DNA of 64,000 bases from Selaginella moellendorffii (Eukaryota > Plantae > Lycopodiophyta): assembly GCF_000143415.4 (NCBI RefSeq), contig NW_003314321.1, positions 630,236-694,235 on the forward strand. The letters run 5' to 3'. Below the pieces are notes generated by a model. The model did not search any database. It was not told the DNA's origin and saw only the letters and a program-made list of their open reading frames with translations. Every line of letters starts with the position of its first letter. The first letter of the stretch is position 1. The position numbers were made by a program, and so were the translations under genes. Below, one piece after another: positions 13,663-24,750 of the stretch.

Positions 13663-14208
13663 ATGGCTCAAAGGAGACCCATTGCTAATCGTATTTGGCC
13701 CCCCAGCATTTCATATCAATCTCCACCTCCATCCCCAAGTTCTACCAACATTCCACCTTCACCTCCACATAACAATCCTTTTTCTGCTAAGGGCTCTAAT
13801 GAAGCTAAATTAGAGCTCCCTATATGTGAAATTCCGGATCTTGCTACTAGAGAGGGATTGCCTTTAGCGCTTCAAGAGCAATGCCACATGTTTTTGCAAG
13901 ATCTTGCTCCTGACATGGCAAGACTACTTGAAAGCACAGAATGTTATTACATTCGGTGTCCAATATGCTACTTTTTCTTGGACAAGACAAATGGCTCTAT
14001 GGGTTTACAAACTTTTCTTGAGCACTGTAAGAATTGCTCAACAGCATGTTTGGAAAATGTGCACGTGTGGATGTACAATAGATTCAAGAATGAATTACAG
14101 ACACATACCCACTATCGCTTCATGGTGAGGAACAACATCCCCTTGGGAAACACTGCATTGGCTAGTGCAAAATATGGGGTTTTTAGGCCACCCTATAGTG
14201 GAATGTAA
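13663..14208 (+). CDS. Small zinc-finger protein with Pro-rich N-terminus and zf-XS-like CPxC...GLQxxLxH...H motif (MULE cargo)
   Basis: Intact single-exon ORF from ATG 13663, TATAAA ~75 bp upstream, motif RCPICY...GLQTFLEHCKN...VH. A paralogue lies at 24298-24750. Confidence 0.65.
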   Translation: MAQRRPIANRIWPPSISYQSPPPSPSSTNIPPSPPHNNPFSAKGSNEAKLELPICEIPDLATREGLPLALQEQCHMFLQDLAPDMARLLESTECYYIRCPICYFFLDKTNGSMGLQTFLEHCKNCSTACLENVHVWMYNRFKNELQTHTHYRFMVRNNIPLGNTALASAKYGVFRPPYSGM

Positions 14209-14712
14209 GATCTAGAATTACTTTACTATACTATAGTATTGTCACTATTAAAAGAAAAAATATAATAAAATGATATTAGTTGTAGGTAACATACCTTGTT
14301 CTAGAAGGTGCTATCATATCACATACAATTGTTTACAAAATGTTGAAGGAGGAGATGGCAACACACAAATGCTACAAAGTGATGGTGACAGTTGAGAATG
14401 ATAATCTATAATTATGGTATCTGACACTGACACTGACATCTGACAATTTTACTGACATCTGACACTTTCACTGACATCTAACATATAACAAGTAAGGATG
14501 CAATTAACTTTCTTCTGCCATATCATCAACATAATGATTTCTTTTATACTTCCTCCTATATTGGTATTGTGGGGAAGATTCACTTTACATATGTTGAGCC
14601 ATGGCTTCTGCATAGTCAGGGAGACTTCCAAAGCCTCCAATTCTAGAAACTCCAAGTGACTGTGATCTATAAAATAGAATGAAATATATATTGAAATTTT
14701 AATAAACATAAT

Positions 14713-17700
14713 TTACCTCCTTGAGGTTGAAGGCAACTCACGAAATCCTCTGAGCCGGCGTTTGAAGAAATGATGTTCTTCAATAGCAAACACCGACCTA
14801 CCAGAGTCACGTGCTGCCTCCACCATAGAACCGCTACCTGCTATGCAATCAATCACAATACCATCTGGTGGGCAATAGAGCTCAAGCAAGACTTGCATTG
14901 CTAATGGAGTTCGAAATCGGTACCCTGGAAACGTGTTGCGGATCTGCTCATCCACAAGGTTGGGTATGATGTTAGTGGAACTGTCGTACCCAGGCAAAAC
15001 ACGTGCTGCACGTTCGCTATCACGAAACCCATCATGTGTGTTTCTGCAGAAGGCATGATAGGTCCACATCATAACCTGGAAAATAAAAATGTTTAGAAAT
15101 TAGATAAAAATATAAAATACATACTCACCTTTTCAGGCTTCCCTTGGACGCCCCTCGTATCAACGCCAATAGGATCCATGATGCACCCGGAAGAGAATGA
15201 CTTGAAATGAACTTCTACTGTGCATGTCATAAGCTCATACATCCAGTTGGGGTCGTTCGGTAGGATGAAGACGACATGGCCAGCTTCGAGCATAAGTACT
15301 TCAGACAATAGGAATGCATCGCGCAAGTGGTCAGGTGTGAGAAAGTTCCAATCCTCAACTTTCCCATCGATATCTGAAAGACCATTTGGAAAGTCGAAGA
15401 GAATGAAGTCCGCAACTGGGAGCACAGGCCTTTGTATCTTTCGGCACCAACGGTTGAACTGGCGGCGTATATCCATGTTGATGTCGTCTTCCGTGAAAGA
15501 TGTCAATAATCTACTGTAAGAGCCCATGAAGATACCCACAATGCCTTGTTGTGTTATTGGAGACACAGGATGGACTTATAAAAGAGCTAAGTGAATGAAA
15601 AAAGTAATAAATAGTATGATACTGTCATATGGCGTGTTGTCTATGAGAGTTCCTCCAACTCTTCTTCACGAGCATCTCGTCGAGCTGGAATGAAATTACT
15701 ACCAACAGTCATTGCTGCAAAAAACATGTATTACCACCTTTAGTTTGTAAAATTCACTTTTGCTTACCTCGAGGTTGACGTGATATTCTGTGAACCGCTT
15801 GATTATCGTTATTTACTGGTAGAACCTGATCCGGATCTTGGTTGTTTGATGGTTGAATTGGAGCCTGTTCCTGATTGTCTGGTGGTGGAACACGAACTTG
15901 ATCTGAAGCTTCCTCATCCTCGTCTCCATCGTCACTTGCATTGCCATCGTTGCTAGCATTGATAATTTCCTCGCGATCTAGTGTAGAGGTCTCCTTCCCT
16001 AGGAGCTCCAACTCCCAAGAGCATTCTATCTTCCGTGCCTTCGGAACTCTCGCAAACATTCTTGGATATATTCCTCCATCTCTTACACCCTTTGCAACAA
16101 GTCGAGTGCAAATTGATGCCTCAAATGGCATGCCTCTATATCGAAGATACCTGTAAACAATATATATTAAAAAACAGTCTTAGAAATCATATTATACCTA
16201 TAAGCTGCACGTCACATGAAATAAGGTTAACAATGTTGGCAATCATAAGTTGTTGTGCTTGTAGACTTCTCTGGCAGCCACCCCTCTTCGATCCCTTCCA
16301 ATGACGTGTTGATGTAGGTGTCGAAAGACATGAATGTGCCATCTGGATCGTCACCAATGTGTGGTGCTAAGAACTTCTCACCTTCACTTATAGTTTGTAT
16401 GATGTAGACAGCCCTTCTCATCATGTTCTCAAATAGTTCTGGCAGTCCTTTCTCTCTGTTCATTAAGCAGACATTGAGGAACTCTAGAGTCTTTATCTGT
16501 TGCTTATATGGAAGCTTCAATTTTGTGATATTGTAAATCATGTCATCTGGAGTTTTGTTCACTGCAAAAGTAACATATGCATAATTAAGAAAAATGAAGT
16601 GTGATAAAAAACTTACATTCATGAAAAGAAATTTCGGCTATAGTCTCTAGCCACTCTTTCTGCTTGTGATTGTCTGCAATGCATACTAGTTTTTTCAACT
16701 TTGAGGACTTTGCATGCTGAATTTTGTGCTCAATTTATACAAACTCAGCTGAGAGCTCTTCCCGACTCTTCTCCGGATATGCAAGTTTGTAAGTTGCAAG
16801 TTTGTAAGTTTGCTTGACCTTCACCAAAGGCTAAAAACCAAAACAATTAAAAGAGGCTTTTATAAAATAAAAGGGAAAGACATACCTTACACCACATAGT
16901 GAGCATAAAACTGATTGGGTTGTTGAACCAAGTTGTACTATCATTTCGAGTGCGTGAGTGCCGAACAAGTGTTGCGAGATCATCACCATAATGTTGGCGG
17001 ATGTCATCCTCACTCAAGTCTGCCAAAAATCGAAGTTGCTCGATGTCATAGACAAGATTTTGTTTTTGAACAGCGAACTGCCCAAGCCTACATTTAAACA
17101 CAACAAAACAAGTTAAAGTGGAGCTAGAGGTAAAATTACAAGACTTACGCATTGATCTTTTGGCAGGCCAAGATAAATCTGTTGACATCCAAAGGTCCCC
17201 TCGCGTAGACATGGCCGACTGGAACGTTGATATGGTAGACGGGATCATCGCAAAAATGATCGTCAATACACTTCATCCAAGCTCCATATCAGTGGTTACC
17301 GTCAATAATTTACATTGTCCCCGCAAGCTGTCGAGTCTCAGGATGTCTGATAAGCATGTCATCAAATTCTAGGGACTTCCTCCTCCAAATAGGATCCCAG
17401 CTATTCACAATCTCGGGTGTGACAGTAATGATCTCCGTTGTTCCTGGCTTGCAAAAAGAGACTACAAACATACCGATATTTGTTGCAAGGCCATTCTGTT
17501 TGAACAAGCTGTATATATCCGGGTTGACATACTTGGATGCTATGCAGACAAGGTTCGTCTGCTGCAAACGGCAAAGGGGGATTTCTCTGATCAAGTCACA
17601 AGGGCCTGGCCACTTGAGCGCCTCAAGTGTTTGGTGAACTGCTTTTTCCCTTGTCCACATAACAGTCTCTTGGAAGCGCTTGTCCACCACGTTGTCAGGA

Positions 17701-19263
17701 AGGTCTGCAACTCTTTCAGCTCCAAGCTGTTCCTCAGGTTCCCTATCGTGAACACCACTAGATTGCTGTAGCGCACGTGGTTTTGACCCTTTATCCTATA
17801 GTGATTTACCATAGGATAACACCACGAAGCGGAACCTAAACCCTCTTTGTGCCATGTGACAGATGCCACGTGTCACATGCCACATGTCCATAAGAACCCG
17901 AGGTTCAGGGCCTTGGGCCACTGAACAAAGGAACGGTGCCAAACTCCCAAGCATGGAGCCAAGGAGTGACGGAACCGAACCACGGAGCAACTCCCGAGCA
18001 TAAAGCCCAAAGAGCGAAGGGACAGGAGCCCGGAGCGACTTGGAACAGTCCTGGAGCAACCAGCATCCCAATGCCAGGACCAGCACGCAAAACGGAGCCA
18101 AACGGAGTCTGGTGCTATTTCGGCATACCGGTGGCCTAACGTGAGGATATGGATACTCCACCAACTAGCATGGAATGGAACTTGGGCTTAGACCCAAGCC
18201 GGACGAAGAACAAGGACAGGCACGCAAGCGGGAGCTAGACTATGCCTCAGGTTGGTCGGCCATGCCCGACCTACCCACTATCCCTACTATACATTTGGAA
18301 CCCCCCCACAGCCCCCCCCCCCCCTTGAGGAACACACGCTTTGGGCTTTCACCCCAAGCCTCCCTTAGTATTAGGAGTTAGTCTCTGGGACAAGCTCGAA
18401 ACTTACTAAATATGGAATGTCCTTAGATTGCGAATTTGGACACGGGACGAACACCATTGTGTTCAGGACAATCTCTACATTCCGTAGATATGCCAAATGA
18501 GCAAATCTGGACACTTTCCATAAATAGCATTTGGGACCAAAATGAGACTAACACAAAGGGCATGATAGCGAGGGTGTTTGGCAAACACGGTAAGCTATCA
18601 TCCGGCGATATTGAGGGACCAATCTCAATACGCGAGGGTTCTTGTCAAGCCAGTGCAAGACAGAGCAAAAGAGAACTAAGAGCCAGGCCGAGTATGCTCA
18701 GCTAGAAATACATAGAAATTCCTACCTTATGTCCATCTGGCTAAGTACAGGTGCTAAGCCCAGTAAACTAACACTTGAACAAGAGGGGCTGATAAAGAGA
18801 ACCAGCAATACCGACCTCCTGCCATCGTGGCAGTAAGGTAAGAGTGTCCGTAAGGACTAGCTGACAGGTAACTTTCGATACCCGAAGTCACATTTGCGAC
18901 AATTGCCCAACTTCAGGGATTTGCGTTGGTGGTGGTGGCGGTGGTGGCGGGGGCAGAAGCAATAGTGGCAGTGGTGGTGGCAATAGTGGTGGTGGCAGTG
19001 GCGGCGGGGGCAACGGCAATAGTGGTAGTGGTGGTGGCAATGGTGGTGGTGGTAGTGGCGATGGAGGTGGTGGAGGTGGTGATGGAGGTGGTGGAGGTGG
19101 CGATGGCGGTGGTGGAGGTGGTGGAGGTGGTGAATCTCTAACTAAATGTGTCTCTGTTGTGCCAATGGACATGTCAATTGTGATGTCGTCATCAGTGCCA
19201 AATTGAACTTCTCGTGTCTTCTTGGCTCCAACAACCTTTTTATGTGTTACAATTTTCCTTTTC
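14713..19263 (-). pseudogene. Multi-exon ParB/Srx-domain + beta-class N6A/N4C DNA methyltransferase-like gene (MULE cargo), disrupted by a solo LTR and stops
   Basis: Pro-rich N-terminus that joins in frame to 17761 once the LTR is removed. IIDGNH(*)YGAW at ~17280-17309 (ParB DGxHR). ADFILFDFPNG at ~15381-15413 in the motif IV position. LLELYCPPDGIVIDCIAGSGSMVEAARDSGRSVFAIE at ~14778-14890 (motif I and flanks). Several GT-AG introns; the first and last exon boundaries are uncertain. Confidence 0.7.
17767..18901 (-). mobile_element. Solo LTR of family A inserted in the methyltransferase-like gene
   Basis: TG...CA termini, 5-bp TSD ATTGC at 17762-17766 and 18902-18906, reverse-complement match to 1689-2815. 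Confidence 0.92.
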
Positions 19264-19465
19264 TGCAAGAGAAAAAGTTTTGTTAGTCAAACTAAATAAA
19301 GATAATGAGAAATTCAAATAGTCAAAGAGAAAAAAAAAATCAAGTGGGCCTAGACTCCACCTCGGGCACTTTGGCTGCCCAGGGGGCCGAGGTTATTCAA
19401 ATAACCTCGGCCCCTCCAACCCCTAAAGTGCCCGAGGTCGAGCTCGGGCAATTTTGCTCGCCGAG

Positions 19466-19565
19466 NNNNNNNNNNNNNNNNNNNNNNNNNNNNNNNNNNN
19501 NNNNNNNNNNNNNNNNNNNNNNNNNNNNNNNNNNNNNNNNNNNNNNNNNNNNNNNNNNNNNNNNN
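19466..19565. other. Assembly gap (100 N)
   Basis: Run of n characters. Confidence 1.
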
Positions 19566-19754
19566 AGCATCGGCCCATGGAAGCAATGGACTCAAAACAT
19601 GCCCGAGGTGGCCCGCCCGAGCTCGACCTCGGCCAGCAAAGAAGCAATCAAGAAAAAAAAGGGAAGAAATGGAATGGAAGTGGAAGCAATCAAATCGAAA
19701 CTCACCTTTGGCGGCATCTTTCCTCCCTCGATTTCTTGATCGTGCTAGATTTCT

Positions 19755-20050
19755 TGTGCGCTCAATCTCTCCCGCTCGCGCGCTCAAACTCTCCCGCTTG
19801 CGCGCTCAAACTCTCCCGCTCGCGCGCTCAAACTCTCCCGCTCGCGCGCTCAATCTCTCCCGCTCATGCGCTCAATCTCTCGATCTCTTGCGCGCTCAAT
19901 CGCTCGATCTCCTTCGCACTCAATCCCTCGATCTCCTTCGCGCTCGATCTCTCGATCTCTCGCGCGCTCCACTCACGATGCGAACAGTAACCTAATCTTG
20001 GCAGCTACCCTAACCCTAATCCTGATGGCTGCCCTAACCCTAACCAATCT
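19755..20050. repeat. CG-rich ~21-bp tandem array (CTCGCGCGCTCAAACTCTCCCG and variants) followed by CCCTAA telo-box-like repeats
   Basis: Directly visible; it lies between the divergent MTase-like and transposase genes. Confidence 0.85.
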
Positions 20051-20990
20051 CTAATCCTGGCCGTTCATTCCGAATAACCTAAATCTCAACCATCACAATA
20101 TCTTTGATCTTATTTTATCTTATCATTATTATTATATGTAAATTATGCTTCTTTATTTTGTATATTTTAATGATGGTATAACTAGCACCTATCAACATTT
20201 CTGTTATTAGAGATATGATATTATATTTTACAAATTATCTAGAAAGGATGCATTCTCATCAATATTTTGTACATATTTTGGAATCGTTACAAGAACTTCA
20301 AAGAGTATAAATAAGGCACGTTAAAATATGTTGTACTATATCCATCTATGAATGGATGAATCCTCATCCAGAAATTTATTTTGTGTTGCATTAGATCCTA
20401 AACAATAGGCACGTGCTTTAAATGTCATCGAGCAGTGTTCACAATTATGGATAAAACTTGAGTTGTAGTACAAATCAAATCTGTTATTGAAGAATAATAT
20501 TTGACAAGATTTATTATCATCTACCACTTAAAATTTGACAACTTGACATATCACACGTGCTGATAGTTAGATTGGATCTCTTGGTTTAACACGTTATAGC
20601 AGAATGTCATTATTGGTATCATTATTAACTATCAAACTTCACGTGCTGAAAATCTTTCCTTGGATCTATGTGTATACATGCATCAGACATCATAATAGAT
20701 GACAGTAATATTAATACTGTCACACTTACACATGTTAAATTTGCTATAGAATTTAAATTCATTTTGTACGTTGTCTTCTTATTACTCTATTTAAATTTCA
20801 ATTATGTTTCACTATAGATTTTTACAAGTAGCATAAAGAGAGAGAACTCCAAAACCTATTGAAAAGGATGGAGAGGTTTCTTCTTCATTTTTGAGATCAC
20901 CCACCTCTTTCATTCTCTCAGAGTATTGTTTCTGAAAGTTTTTTATGTCAGCGTTTTGATCTTCGTCTTGGCTCTATTTCTTTAAAGGCT

Positions 20991-23900
20991 GTGATCCGTA
21001 ACGACACCGGTATAGTTGCATACTCGGAGTTTCTTCTTTCTGGTGTGGGCGAGGGTGGACAACAATGGGATTTACAAAATTCCAAGTCGAAGGAGATTCG
21101 AGTGTTCGGATCTCCAGTCAAAATGCCAAAATGTGCTCCAGCGAAAGTGAATGTGAAGCAAAAGTCAGTCGTTATCCTCTCGTCCTCTTCTAGTTCAAGT
21201 GGAGATGTCATGCTAGTGTCAGCGCCAAATTCACCAGCTCCAGCTCCAACTTCAGCAATATTCAAAGCCGTTAGCAATGCTTTCCAGTTTTCACGCCTCT
21301 CAATTGACGTGCACTTGTTTTTGTATAGGCTTGTGAGTGAGCTTCCATCCTCCTACAACGGCAACATTTTCTTCGAGCTACCACCTCTTGTTAGCAGCAC
21401 AGGTTCCAAACGGAAGGGGATGGAAACCAAGCAGGATGTCCACAATTGGTGCAAGATCAAAACCACACACTTCCAACATTTTGAAGGCACAGTGTCTATA
21501 GTTCATTGTGGCGGGCATTTAGATTGTGTGGATGAAGCATGCAATCGAGACTGCTCTAGAAACTCTATATTTTTCGAAGGGTCTGCAGTCAATCCTCCAG
21601 TCTATGACACCATTGCTGTTGGATTCAAATGTCGATTCTGCAAAAATGCTCCTCTATGTCATGCTATCTGTGAGGCCAAGATGTACTACTTTCTTCCACG
21701 GGATGGAGTGGCTGGAAGAGCTGCAGTGCATGTTGGCACACATATGCATCCAATGCAGGAAGGGATACAAAGGAGTTCTCTCAACCATTTCAAAGATGCT
21801 GTACAGGAAGAGACTATGAGAAACTCATTTGCAACTCCGAAGCATGTTTAGAAGACCGTCCTCAAGGATTTTATCGCAAATACCTTACTCAATCCAGGTT
21901 GCCAAAAGACTCAACTAAACAAGGCTAGCTTGCGGGACTTACTACGAGGAGTACAACCTGCTACTAGCCTAAGGAGGTACATCCGTTATTTTTCATACGT
22001 TATAATAATAATTTTTTCTTACATTATATTGTTTAGGATAAAATTTTGGATGTGTGAATCTCGAGAGGGGAAGTTGCAATCAAAAATTGACTCCATCCTT
22101 GAATTGAAACGGACTTGTCCATACGAGTTCATCCACGGAAGTTTGTTTCCAGACCAAGTTGTGAATGAGCAAGAGCGCCCCTTCATCTTCAAAATGTCTA
22201 CCATAGGCCCTGCCTCTGGCGTAGATCTTGTCTCCCGAATGGACATGTTTGGGTCCAGTGACCTTGTAAATGCATAGGTATATTTTGACCATATGGAGCG
22301 TGTATCCGGTTGGACAACCATGGGAGCTCATGTGTATGATCCAAGGTAATTTTAATTCTCATTATATTGAAATTGTTATAATATTTATGTTTTCATAGGC
22401 TACGTTGTAACTTAACAATTGCAACAGCAGAGTTTAAAGTATAAGACCAGACAGCACAGGAAATATTTTGGAAGTCCCTCTCTGATATTGTCCTAAAGCG
22501 GACTGGTAAGCCTGCAAACTTTCGTGGTTTCATGGCAGATGGGGCTGGTGCAAACTGGAATGGTATCCGAGCAATTTTTGGGAATGGTCAACCATTGGAA
22601 AGTCGTGAGAGGATTTGTGAGTTCCATTGGGCTCAAAGCCTAAACCAGCACTGCCATCTTATCAAGCTAGAGTTTCAATCAATATTTAAGGAGTTGTGCA
22701 AACAATGGCAAGTTGCACCTTCTGAAGAAGAGCATGAGGCAAAAGCAAACAAAATTCGAATGTGGTGGCGTGAAGATGGCTATACAAACATAAGTTGCCT
22801 ACCACAACTTGAGTCATGGTTAGGATGGTGGGAAGTTAGGATGTTCCAATGGGGACATCACTCTTTTTAGGTTGGTTTATATTTTTTCTTCTCCTTTTAT
22901 TACCTTTTAATATTGCCTTTTCCATTAGGATCAACCACTTGAGGACCTCGCATACACCCCAACTGTGAATCCCTCCGAAAATAAGCATTGGAGTTGGCGT
23001 TCCTCTGAGGTAGGGAAAGGGAAGATGAGTCTATACGAAGCCTGTCTATAAGATTTGATACGTGCTATAGAGCAATCTTCAAAAGCACTGGCATTCGAGG
23101 AAGGAAGATACATGGGAACAGGGCCTTCTGTTGAGATGTTACATGATAGGATGAAGAGAAAATTAACTCCACCCGCCCGAACAGTGGCAACTGTAGTTGA
23201 GGAAGTGGTCCGTCGCACATCTATGGAGTACACTCCCCGAGCTTCTATTGGTGATATGAAAACTGTCCGCTCAAAGCGTCGTTTTTCCTTTGCTGGGGAA
23301 GATGTTGGTACGGACCTTGGAGCAAAAAGCTATCACAGGCCTAATATCGAGTACCATTCTGCTCCAAGACACCACTCTCGGACCGAGCCACCTCAAGTGG
23401 CTGATGAAAAGAGTGCATCGCAACAGGTTGAAATTACTTACCGTAGCGTGGAGCCGAAGCAATGGGCAATCCGACGCATGCCAGCAAAATCAAATGTAAG
23501 GTGTGTGGGGATGCTTTCGAGGGGCAAGTGTTGGGCCTGGATTCGTGGTGAAAAATCTGCTTCTGTTCCAGCCCCATGTTTCTATGGGGAACGAAAGTAA
23601 GCAGGATTTTCAAGATGGTGCTGGCTATATTGTTGCAACACCGACGCCAACCATACAAAGCGGCTTGAAGGCACTATAGTGACTAAACCTGATGCAGTAC
23701 CTAAAGAATGGCCGGTTGCTAATGGGGTCACGCTCACCTCGGATGAGATTGAAAACCTTGAGAAATTTGGTTTTAATCTTGAGAGGAGAGTTGGAAACAT
23801 GAGTGACAGGAGCAGGACTATTCTTACAGAGATGCATAGGAGGCTAGCACGAAAAGGTAAGGCAGTTAAATTTATTGGTACCATCTCCAAGCAGAAGCAA

Positions 23901-24206
23901 GGTAAAATAAATTTAGCTCAAACACTTGAGTGTGAGATTCTCTCCACGAAGTACATTGCTGCGCTTGCAAAGGAGTACACAGTCAAAACAGAAGGTGGAG
24001 AGTACACAATTGTCATTCACGACTTTCCTTCTTGCACATGTCCAGACTTTACGAAGCGTGAGGAACATAGGAAGGCATATGCTCCTTGCAAGCATATGTA
24101 CTACATCTTCATCAACATTGTGCACCAGGATCCTAAAGTGGATATTCATATACACCAAGCAAGCCTTACTATTGCTGAGTTGCAGAAAACTTTTGGAGCT
24201 AATTAG
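20991..24206 (+). pseudogene. MULE transposase with N-terminal GCM/WRKY-like Zn domain, DDE core and C-terminal SWIM finger; several premature stops
   Basis: CGGHLDC...CRFC...C...C...HVGTHMHP; VYFDH (D1), FMADGAGANW (D2), CEFH (CxxH), NPSE (E); SWIM CTCPDF...CKH. Short introns at ~21977, ~22347 and ~22871. In-frame TAG/TAA at ~21849, 22275, 22442, 23049, 23598 and 23676. Confidence 0.85.
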
Positions 24207-24297
24207 ATTTCTCCAACACTATCGATGTTTATTCTCTATCAATAAAACTTATTATACTTTATATAATTAATACAAATGTGCTTTTTCATTTCACTTT

Positions 24298-24750
24298 TCA
24301 TTTTATATGCTTCCGAGTGTTCTTCTCGCAATACTGCCCATAGTACTTGTGTGTCTCCATTTCTGTCCTTACCATCTCAAAAAAGATTTCATGGTAGTTT
24401 TTTGGGTGCGTGATGTTGCAGTGTGTCGCAAGAGCATATATACCATCATACTAATCATTGCTATTGTTTCCACCAAACGCTAGAAAACATATGGGGCACT
24501 TCTTGAAAATGGCAGAATTGCACTTTTCTAAAACAAGTAAGAGGGCATTCTTTTTCACCCAATTTGTTGCACCCTCTGTCATTACATTTATCTCCAACTC
24601 ATGATCACTATCCTTACTATCCTCTCTTTCATTCTCTTGTGTGATTTGGTTATGCTATGCAATGGGATAGTTATTGCATCTCCTAGCCCTTGAGCCCTGA
24701 GAAGAAAGATTGTGAGAGTTAAAATTACCAACACTAGAACTTATAGACAT
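24298..24750 (-). pseudogene. Second small zf-XS-like zinc-finger gene (paralogue of 13663-14208) with two premature TAG stops
   Basis: Manual translation gives ...LVLEKCNSAIFKKCPICFLAFGGNNSND*YDGIYALATHCNITHPKNYHEIFFEMVRTEMETHKYY..., which aligns with the 13663 ORF. It is absent from the ORF track. Confidence 0.65.

Noticed and set aside
14713-17690. Bacterial or phage contamination as the source of the ParB-MTase
   Set aside because: It has spliceosomal-type introns, contains a host solo LTR and lies inside a TSD-flanked insertion in a plant P450 pseudogene.
18888-19268. Poly-proline ORF as a formin or extensin fragment
   Set aside because: It joins in frame to the ParB exon once the solo LTR is removed.
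20005-20050. Interstitial telomere or chromosome fusion scar
   Set aside because: Only a few CCCTAA units; more consistent with telo-box-type promoter motifs.
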